From positions 29,239 through 93,238 of the IMG/VR virus record IMGVR_UViG_3300028591_000148: DNA of 64,000 nucleotides; one strand, written 5' to 3'. The position numbers were made by a program, and so were the translations under genes. The notes below the pieces were generated by a model. It did not search any database. It saw only the letters and a program-made list of their open reading frames with translations, and was not told the DNA's origin. Every line of letters starts with the position of its first letter. The stretch's first letter is position 1. The stretch comes from a virus. Lineage: Duplodnaviria; Caudoviricetes. This document shows positions 30,028-35,668 of the stretch, in pieces.

Positions 30028-30099
30028 AGTGGATGAAGGGAATTGAACCCTCATTACCTGCTTGGAAGGCAGGAGTCTTAACCATTCGACGACATCCAC
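30028..30099 (-). tRNA. tRNA-Gly(TCC)
   Basis: Loop CT-TCC-AA. Confidence 0.9.
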
Positions 30100-30103
30100 A
30101 AAG

Positions 30104-30177
30104 TCCTCACAGTAGGACTCGAACCTGCGACCTACCGCTTAGAAGGCGGTTGCTCTATCCAACTGAGCTATGTGAGG
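30104..30177 (-). tRNA. tRNA-Arg(TCT)
   Basis: Loop CT-TCT-AA. Confidence 0.92.
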
Positions 30178-30180
30178 AGA

Positions 30181-30591
30181 TTAACTACAATTATGACAAG
30201 TGTAATGACTACCATCGATAAATAATTGTCCAGACCAATTTGTATGAACATTAGGTAAATATAATCTAAATGTATCGATTATCATTTCTTTTATTATAGA
30301 TGTATTTATACACTTATCCATATAAACATTTGATTCGTATATAACTGTTCCATTCACTTGTTTATGGGGTAGTACCTCAACTCTTCCTCTCGGAAAATAG
30401 TCATAAGGAACAGATTTACCATTTACGATACATTCGTTTTTTAATGTTTCCCAAGATTTCTTGTGAAGTAAGTTTGTCATAAAATATGGATCATTAGGAT
30501 CAACTGGATCTGTTAATGCTACTAGTTCGTTATCTATAACCCAAAATATTCCTTCACAAGGAACTTGTAGACTTTCATAAACCATCATCAT
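30181..30591 (-). CDS. Hypothetical protein inserted in the tRNA array
   Basis: GIFWV..H...W..YDYFPRGRV..HYTCHNC. Confidence 0.65.
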   Translation of the reverse strand: MMMVYESLQVPCEGIFWVIDNELVALTDPVDPNDPYFMTNLLHKKSWETLKNECIVNGKSVPYDYFPRGRVEVLPHKQVNGTVIYESNVYMDKCINTSIIKEMIIDTFRLYLPNVHTNWSGQLFIDGSHYTCHNCS

Positions 30592-30668
30592 TTATCATCC
30601 TTATTCATAATACAGCAAGAATATAGAATTAATGTCATGAATACAGCTACAAATAAAATAACTTTCAT
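30588..30668 (-). CDS. 26-aa hydrophobic peptide MKVILFVAVFMTLILYSCCIMNKDDK
   Basis: AAGGAGG RBS; ATGA overlap with the next ORF; not in the ORF track. Confidence 0.6.
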   Translation of the reverse strand: MKVILFVAVFMTLILYSCCIMNKDDK

Positions 30669-30696
30669 ATATTATTCCTCCTTTATGGAGAAGAAA

Positions 30697-30780
30697 TGGA
30701 AGAGATTGGATTCGAACCAATGAAGCACATAGGCAACAGATTTACAGTCTGCCCCCTTTGACCAACTCGGGAACTCTTCC
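30697..30780 (-). tRNA. tRNA-Tyr(GTA)
   Basis: Loop CT-GTA-AA, long variable arm. Confidence 0.92.
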
Positions 30781-30793
30781 AAATTATATTTAA

Positions 30794-30926
30794 TGCCGGG
30801 TGAGTAGTTTCAACCTCACGCATTCCCGTCCAGAGTTACATAACCTTTTTAACGGAGTTGGTCCTCCGAATGTTCTGTCGTAGGGACTGTATTTTCTTTT
30901 CGACTTTTAATGCTTGTCTACCGACA
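30794..30926 (-). ncRNA. Candidate ~133-nt structured RNA with H-type pseudoknot
   Basis: TGTCGG/CCGGCA closing stem, GCATT/AATGC, GTGAG/CTCAC, CGGAG-GACCAA-CTCCG-TTAAAAA-GGTT. Confidence 0.55.
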
Positions 30927-30936
30927 ATAAATATAA

Positions 30937-31011
30937 TGACCCTAACGGGATTCGAACCCATGTTTTCAGAATGAAAATCTGACGTCCTAGACCAGACTAG
31001 ACGATAGGGCC
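30937..31011 (-). tRNA. tRNA-Glu(TTC)
   Basis: Loop TT-TTC-AT. Confidence 0.9.
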
Positions 31012-31013
31012 GG

Positions 31014-31101
31014 TGGTTGTCGTGGCTGGATTCGAACCAGCGTAAAGCACATACTGCTGGCGGAGTCAAAGTCCGCTGCCTTTCCACTTGGCGACACGAC
31101 A
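31014..31101 (-). tRNA. tRNA-Gln(TTG) with atypical long variable arm, CCA encoded
   Basis: Loop CT-TTG-AC; 18-nt variable region. Confidence 0.85.
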
Positions 31102-31109
31102 ATAACGAA

Positions 31110-31191
31110 TACTACCTGTGGGACTTGAACCCACATTCCTTTCGGAACTGGTTTTTGAGACCAGTGCGTATGCCAATTCCGCCAAGGTAGT
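31110..31191 (-). tRNA. tRNA-Leu(CAA)
   Basis: Loop CT-CAA-AA, variable arm. Confidence 0.9.
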
Positions 31192-31201
31192 AGTATAAGA
31201 A

Positions 31202-31276
31202 TCGGAATGACAGGATTTGAACCTGCGACATCCTGCTCCCAAAGCAGGTGATCTAGCCAAACTGATCTACATTCCG
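31202..31276 (-). tRNA. tRNA-Pro(TGG)
   Basis: Loop TT-TGG-GA. Confidence 0.92.
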
Positions 31277-31278
31277 AA

Positions 31279-31500
31279 ATGTCACTAAACATTTCTATTC
31301 AGTGACATCTAGACTACTTTTCTTATGTAGTCTACAGAACCCTTATTCAGCTTAAGAATATCCTATTAGGGTGTGTCCATCAACTAGTTGAACAAATCAA
31401 CTTTTTTAGTTTACTCTACTTTATGGACAAACAATCTTGGTTTTCGATTGCTACATCTAATCCTGATATTCTAGGATTTTGATGTATTTCAAGTAAACTA
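31279..31500 (-). ncRNA. Candidate multi-hairpin RNA
   Basis: Six or more adjacent inverted repeats plus a 9-bp long-range pairing 31407-31415/31492-31500; strand inferred from the operon. Confidence 0.45.
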
Positions 31501-31503
31501 TAA

Positions 31504-31587
31504 TGCTGCTGACCGGACTTGAACCGGTACGGTGTATCCACCGAGAGATTTTAAGTCTCTTGCGTCTGCCGATTTCGCCACAGCAGC
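31504..31587 (-). tRNA. tRNA-Leu(TAA)
   Basis: Loop CT-TAA-AA, variable arm. Confidence 0.92.
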
Positions 31588-31595
31588 AAATATTA

Positions 31596-31667
31596 AGACA
31601 AGGGTGAGATTCGAACTCACGATCGTGGTGTTGCAGACCACTGTCTTAACCTCTTGACTACCTTGTC
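31596..31667 (-). tRNA. tRNA-Cys(GCA)
   Basis: Loop CT-GCA-AC. Confidence 0.9.
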
Positions 31668-31668
31668 G

Positions 31669-31740
31669 TTATGTGAATCTGTTTTGTATGTACGCCGATA
31701 ATCGTTCTTTCAAAATTATTCGTGTAACAGATTCACATAA
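31669..31740. repeat. Perfect 15-bp inverted repeat filling a tRNA spacer
   Basis: ttatgtgaatctgtt (31669-31683) / aacagattcacataa (31726-31740). Confidence 0.8.
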
Positions 31741-31742
31741 AA

Positions 31743-31815
31743 TGGGATTGGACAGGATTCGAACCTGCGATCTGGGCTTTGTGTGCCCTTGCCTTACCCA
31801 CTTGGCTACAATCCC
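31743..31815 (-). tRNA. tRNA-like gene with non-canonical anticodon loop ACACAAA (nominal anticodon ACA)
   Basis: Intact acceptor (GGGATTG/CAATCCC), D and T arms; lacks U33. Confidence 0.75.
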
Positions 31816-31818
31816 TAG

Positions 31819-32029
31819 TGGAACACCAGTACCTCTCCCTTTCGACCGATGTATTAACGAACTCCACCTAAATCCGTCCTGTAAGACCTAGTACAGGAAA
31901 TATCATTTAAATATAACAGGCGTCCCTGCTTCCTATTTAACCCATAAGTGGAGTAAGGTTTTACTGCTTACCTTCAAACATCGTCATCTAGGTCCGGATC
32001 CTAAATGATTCCAGGTAACTAGGATTACC
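31819..32029 (-). ncRNA. Candidate ~210-nt multi-branched RNA
   Basis: TGGAA/TTCCA, TCATTTAGG/CCTAGATGA, CGATGT/ACATCG, ACTCCACTTA/TAGGTGGAGT, TCCTGTA/TACAGGA; G-U pairs form only on the minus strand. Confidence 0.55.
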
Positions 32030-32034
32030 CTTGA

Positions 32035-32107
32035 AGCTGGATGACGGACTCGAACCCCCGACCTGCTGATTACAAATCAGCTGCTCTACCAACTGAGCTA
32101 ATCCAGC
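32035..32107 (-). tRNA. tRNA-Thr(TGT)
   Basis: Loop TT-TGT-AA. Confidence 0.92.
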
Positions 32108-32110
32108 AAA

Positions 32111-32297
32111 GTGTCTGTCTATCCAGACTGTCATAAGGCACTGCCACTTATGTTACCGTCTACCGTAAGCCTTATTCCCCTCTCGACGACCATTAACGGA
32201 GTGGTCCATTCCGGATGTCTTGTTAAGGTACAAACTCTTAAACCTTACTTTCTCAAGGTTATTTTATAGAACCGTTTGATATAAGTAATAAACCTTT
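32111..32297 (-). ncRNA. Candidate structured RNA with a pseudoknot related to the one at 30842-30876
   Basis: CGGA-ATGGACCAC-TCCG-TTAA-TGGTC; ATAAGGC/GCCTTAT; terminal GTCTG-GATAGA-CAGAC. Confidence 0.5.
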
Positions 32298-32306
32298 CAG
32301 TTCTTT

Positions 32307-32382
32307 TGGCTCCCGTAGACAGACTCGAACTGCCGACTTGATCATTAACAGTGACCCGTTCTACCAACTGAACTATACGGGA
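32307..32382 (-). tRNA. tRNA-Asn(GTT), CCA encoded
   Basis: Loop CT-GTT-AA. Confidence 0.9.
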
Positions 32383-32386
32383 ATGA

Positions 32387-32463
32387 TAGGAACCCGGGGA
32401 CTCGAACCCCGACAAAGACATGGCTTATAAGGCCACCGCTCTCACCGGTTGAGCTAGGCTCCC
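32387..32463 (-). tRNA. tRNA-Ile(TAT)
   Basis: GTGGC-CT-TAT-AA-GCCAT anticodon arm. Confidence 0.88.
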
Positions 32464-32485
32464 ATATAATATGTGTTATATTTAT

Positions 32486-32514
32486 ATAATAACACATATT
32501 GCATTAAAAGTCAA
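32486..32514 (-). promoter_or_regulatory. Promoter of the tRNA array, TTGACT-N17-TATTAT
   Basis: Same family as the others; -10 lies inside the inverted repeat aatatgtgttat/ataacacatatt. Confidence 0.65.
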
Positions 32515-32527
32515 GTAGTTTATAAAA

Positions 32528-32901
32528 GATTATGATTACAAAGCAGCCACGAGGAAACCTATACGGTCATGAGATTAACCCGTAAACCTTTTACCGTGGA
32601 TTTTGTAAAACCTTATACTTTTCTCTTTACGTTTTAACCTTTATATGTAACTAATATTTGATGTTTAAGGTTTTAACTTTGAGCTATAATCTTTAAACTT
32701 TCTAGCTGAATGAAGTGGATTCGAACCACGACTGGATTGGTAGTCCAGTGCTTTCCAAATTATATAACTCTCAACCAAAGAAAGTTTGAAAGTTCTTTAA
32801 AATCTCAATTATTGGCGAGATCTTCAAGAATATATAGCTCTCTATTAACGCTTAGAGAATAACGAATCTCAATTTATAGTTTTCGCTTTGCAATCACAAC
32901 C
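32528..32901 (-). ncRNA. Candidate ~375-nt ncRNA with 17-bp closing helix, heptamer array and embedded tRNA-like element
   Basis: GGTTGTGATTGCAAAGC pairs with GCTTTGTAATCATAATC (14 WC + 3 G-U); 12 AAAGnTT-like heptamers. Confidence 0.7.
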
Positions 32902-32911
32902 CCAAACTCAA

Positions 32912-33562
32912 TTAACACTCAAACTCAATTATAGTTACCGCGTTAGATGTAGAAAGTGCTGCATCAACTTTCGTATTATAGAAATCAAGTTCGTTTTTGA
33001 GTTCTTCAATCTTTTCTTTAAGATTGTTAGGATCAAGCAAGTCCGTTGTGTTAGCGGCAATATAAGCATCCCTGCTTGTCTTAACAATGGTACCATCAAT
33101 ACCTTCCTTATTACCAAACAGACTTGTGACATATCTGTCAGCAAGGTCTTCAATGGCACTATTGTTATTATTCACTCTGTTAATAGCAGTTTTAAATTGA
33201 TTAGCGAGTGTTTTTACTAACTTCTCAACAAATGTAAGACCGACATTCTTGTACTCAATAAGTTCGGCAACTGTCATAGTAATGGTAGTTCCGTTTTCTT
33301 TAGTAAGTGTAACAGGTGTTACAGCATTACTCTTTGTGATAGCCTTCTTAATGGCATTTCTGCGTTTAATAAGGTCTTCAACCTTTTGCAATGCGGACTT
33401 CATGGACTGGTTATATTCCTCAATACTTTTACCCTCAATCTTTGTGTTTGCGTGTTTGTTACAATTAATAAACACATTGGAGTCCAATTCCTTTTCAATT
33501 CTTTCCGCCAGAACTTTAAGTTCAGCCAGACCTTCGTGAACGGTCATTGAATACTTTGTCAT
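32912..33562 (-). CDS. Coiled-coil protein with two-fold internal repeat (possibly DIP1984/DUF6847-like)
   Basis: MTVHEGLAELK..SNAVTPV and MTVAELIEYK..SNAVTII halves; GGAGG RBS; family resemblance is from memory. Confidence 0.7.
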   Translation of the reverse strand: MTKYSMTVHEGLAELKVLAERIEKELDSNVFINCNKHANTKIEGKSIEEYNQSMKSALQKVEDLIKRRNAIKKAITKSNAVTPVTLTKENGTTITMTVAELIEYKNVGLTFVEKLVKTLANQFKTAINRVNNNNSAIEDLADRYVTSLFGNKEGIDGTIVKTSRDAYIAANTTDLLDPNNLKEKIEELKNELDFYNTKVDAALSTSNAVTIIEFEC

Positions 33563-33606
33563 AATAGTCTTCCTCCATGAAATTTAAGATTTTATATTAA
33601 TTGATA

Positions 33607-33679
33607 TGGGCATTAGCGGATTCGAACCGCTGACTTTCTCCTTAAAAGGGAGTTACTCTACCAACTGAGTTAAATGCCC
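33607..33679 (-). tRNA. tRNA-Lys(TTT)
   Basis: Loop CT-TTT-AA. Confidence 0.9.
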
Positions 33680-33805
33680 CTATACAACCTTTAAAACCCT
33701 ACATCGTAGGTAAAACTTGGTTGAATTTAGTTTTATTAAAGGAGAATGGAATGAGATGGACAGTCGTTTTTTATTTCCTTTATCACTATCCGTGTTTACA
33801 AACAT

Positions 33806-33834
33806 ATTATAACACATTATTCAGATATTGTCAA
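33806..33834 (-). promoter_or_regulatory. Perfect sigma-A promoter TTGACA-N17-TATAAT
   Basis: Exact consensus with TG extension. Confidence 0.85.
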
Positions 33835-33867
33835 GTACTTTTTGAAATTTTCTTTTTATTTTTATAT

Positions 33868-34290
33868 TTAATTTTTAACTACTCTTTTCACTTCTGTTTC
33901 TGGAGAAAGTATAACTGGATCCCCTGTGTTAGGGAATGCGATAACAAAATCACCTTTTGTTGTTTCGTGCACTTTATAACAGTTGAATTTATAAAAGAAC
34001 TGCTCACCTTGCTTCAGTTCTCCGAGTTTCACAGAGAAATTTGGAATAGGAATTCTTTTATATCTTGCCCAGGCAATAGCAATACCTGTTTTTGGATTAT
34101 ATTTGTCAGTTTCTTTGCATTTAACAGAAGCTGTTTTTCCAGTCTTACTATTCATAATAAAAACTGTGGTACTTTTATCTGAATTAATAAAAACATCCTG
34201 GTGAAGATTAACTGTTTTTATAGTTTCCTTTATATAATCCATCCACATTGAATAACACCATTCATCGAATGTTTTGCAGTTTTTTCTCAT
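33868..34290 (-). CDS. Hypothetical protein
   Basis: C...DKYNPKTGIAIAWARY; GAGG RBS. Confidence 0.6.
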   Translation of the reverse strand: MRKNCKTFDEWCYSMWMDYIKETIKTVNLHQDVFINSDKSTTVFIMNSKTGKTASVKCKETDKYNPKTGIAIAWARYKRIPIPNFSVKLGELKQGEQFFYKFNCYKVHETTKGDFVIAFPNTGDPVILSPETEVKRVVKN

Positions 34291-34351
34291 GATAACACCT
34301 CAATAATAGACTTTTTTACCTTTCTGTCACATAATTTCTGTTTACAATAAT

Positions 34352-34380
34352 AGTATAACATATTTTTAGTATTTTGTCAA
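34352..34380 (-). promoter_or_regulatory. Sigma-A-type promoter TTGACA-N17-TATACT
   Basis: Consensus match. Confidence 0.8.
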
Positions 34381-34401
34381 GTAGTTTTTGAAAAATGAAT
34401 A

Positions 34402-34434
34402 TAAAAAGTCCTCCTAGTAACAGGAGGACTTTTT
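34402..34434. terminator. Intrinsic terminator
   Basis: aaaaagtcctcct-agtaac-aggaggacttttt. Confidence 0.8.
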
Positions 34435-34452
34435 GTGAAATATACACAACAC

Positions 34453-35094
34453 TTATCCTAATTTACCTTTTAGGTTTTCATTTTCCCAAACATAAGTTGC
34501 CATCATGTCTGCTCTATGTAATGCAAATGCTAAAGTATTTTTAGCAAAGGACTCACTTAAATTACCAACTGTACTGTATTGAGATAAGTCATAAGCTCCC
34601 ATATGCCAATATATTGCTTGTGCTTCTTCGTCTGTTAATTTAATGAATTTTTGAATCCTATATACAGATAATGCCCCGTGACCCATCTGGAAAGAATCTG
34701 TATTGTAATTATAGCAATCTACTGTATCCCATCTACCTGTTTCTGGATCTTTTACATTTTTAGTTCCTTTTACATATTTACCAGCTTTGCAAACATCATG
34801 AAGTAGACTGACAATAGTTGCAGATTCTAAAGAATGATATTGTTGCCACTTATCTTTACCACCATAAATAAAGGAGAGTTCATCTAGCATAGAGTAATAA
34901 ACATTCATGGAGTGGTCACATAAACCACCTTCATAGCTCCCATGATATTTAGTGCTTGCAGGTGATGTATAAAAACCCACTTCTTCTAGATATACAAATA
35001 AATCAGGTACGCCTGGTCTATTTATGTTATCACTCATTGTTTTAATAAATGCACTCTTACTGCTTTCCATCTGTATTAAACTCCTTCCATTCAT
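34453..35094 (-). CDS. HD-domain phosphohydrolase
   Basis: PASTKYHGSYEGGLCDHS, LLHDVCK, GHG, WHMG, HRAD. Confidence 0.85.
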   Translation of the reverse strand: MNGRSLIQMESSKSAFIKTMSDNINRPGVPDLFVYLEEVGFYTSPASTKYHGSYEGGLCDHSMNVYYSMLDELSFIYGGKDKWQQYHSLESATIVSLLHDVCKAGKYVKGTKNVKDPETGRWDTVDCYNYNTDSFQMGHGALSVYRIQKFIKLTDEEAQAIYWHMGAYDLSQYSTVGNLSESFAKNTLAFALHRADMMATYVWENENLKGKLG

Positions 35095-35668
35095 TCATAT
35101 AATTTAACATACGAAGATAACCAAATATTAACTTGAAAAATTCCAATGCTTCAAAAGTTCCATCCTTCATGTCATAAAAAGGAAAGGCTTTCTTGATGGC
35201 ATTTATATATGTCATTATATCCTTTTTGAATATTGTAGCAAACTCTTTATTCTTTGTTACATCATGAAAAATAATGTATTTAATAGGAGCACGATGTTCT
35301 TGTAATTTATCAATATCATAATAAGTGTTAAACAAAATGGAAGCCATGGAAATGTAAAGGTCTTTCTTTTGTTTAACATACATATCAAATAGTTTACTAA
35401 CATTTTTGAACGCTAGTTTGTTACTTTGTTCAATCATTTGTTTTTGCTGGGTATCAAGTGTTTTCTCCTTGACAATTTCTTTGTTCTTCTCCAACTGTGG
35501 AAAATATCGTTTAAGTATATCCGAATATTTTCCTCCTTTATTAGAGTCTAGTTCTTCTTTAGCTTTCTTGCAGATTCTTTCAAAATCATTAAAGAAAACA
35601 ACATCGAAAAAGTCATCGTACAGATTTGTGCTCAGCATATATGATCCTCCTTTATATAAATATAACAC
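35057..35668 (-). CDS. Hypothetical protein
   Basis: ORF; GGAGG RBS before MLSTN. Confidence 0.55.
   Translation of the reverse strand: MLYLYKGGSYMLSTNLYDDFFDVVFFNDFERICKKAKEELDSNKGGKYSDILKRYFPQLEKNKEIVKEKTLDTQQKQMIEQSNKLAFKNVSKLFDMYVKQKKDLYISMASILFNTYYDIDKLQEHRAPIKYIIFHDVTKNKEFATIFKKDIMTYINAIKKAFPFYDMKDGTFEALEFFKLIFGYLRMLNYMNEWKEFNTDGKQ

Noticed and set aside
30794-30926. tmRNA
   Set aside because: Too short, no tag reading frame, no Ala acceptor (GGGG..CCACCA) or canonical T-loop.
30836-31292. ORFs 30836..31102, 30987..31292, 31066..31260 and other short ORFs over the tRNA array
   Set aside because: They are translations of tRNA genes and GC-rich RNA structure.
32608-32701. Heptamer array as a CRISPR or simple microsatellite
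   Set aside because: Units are 7 nt, degenerate and lack spacers; better explained as part of the enclosing structured RNA.
29858-33679. Stop-codon reassignment or suppressor tRNAs
   Set aside because: No CTA, TTA or TCA anticodon found; conserved genes are full length under code 11.
33721-34182. 153-aa plus-strand ORF
   Set aside because: Antisense to 33868..34290 and runs across a consensus minus-strand promoter; low-complexity Phe-rich translation.
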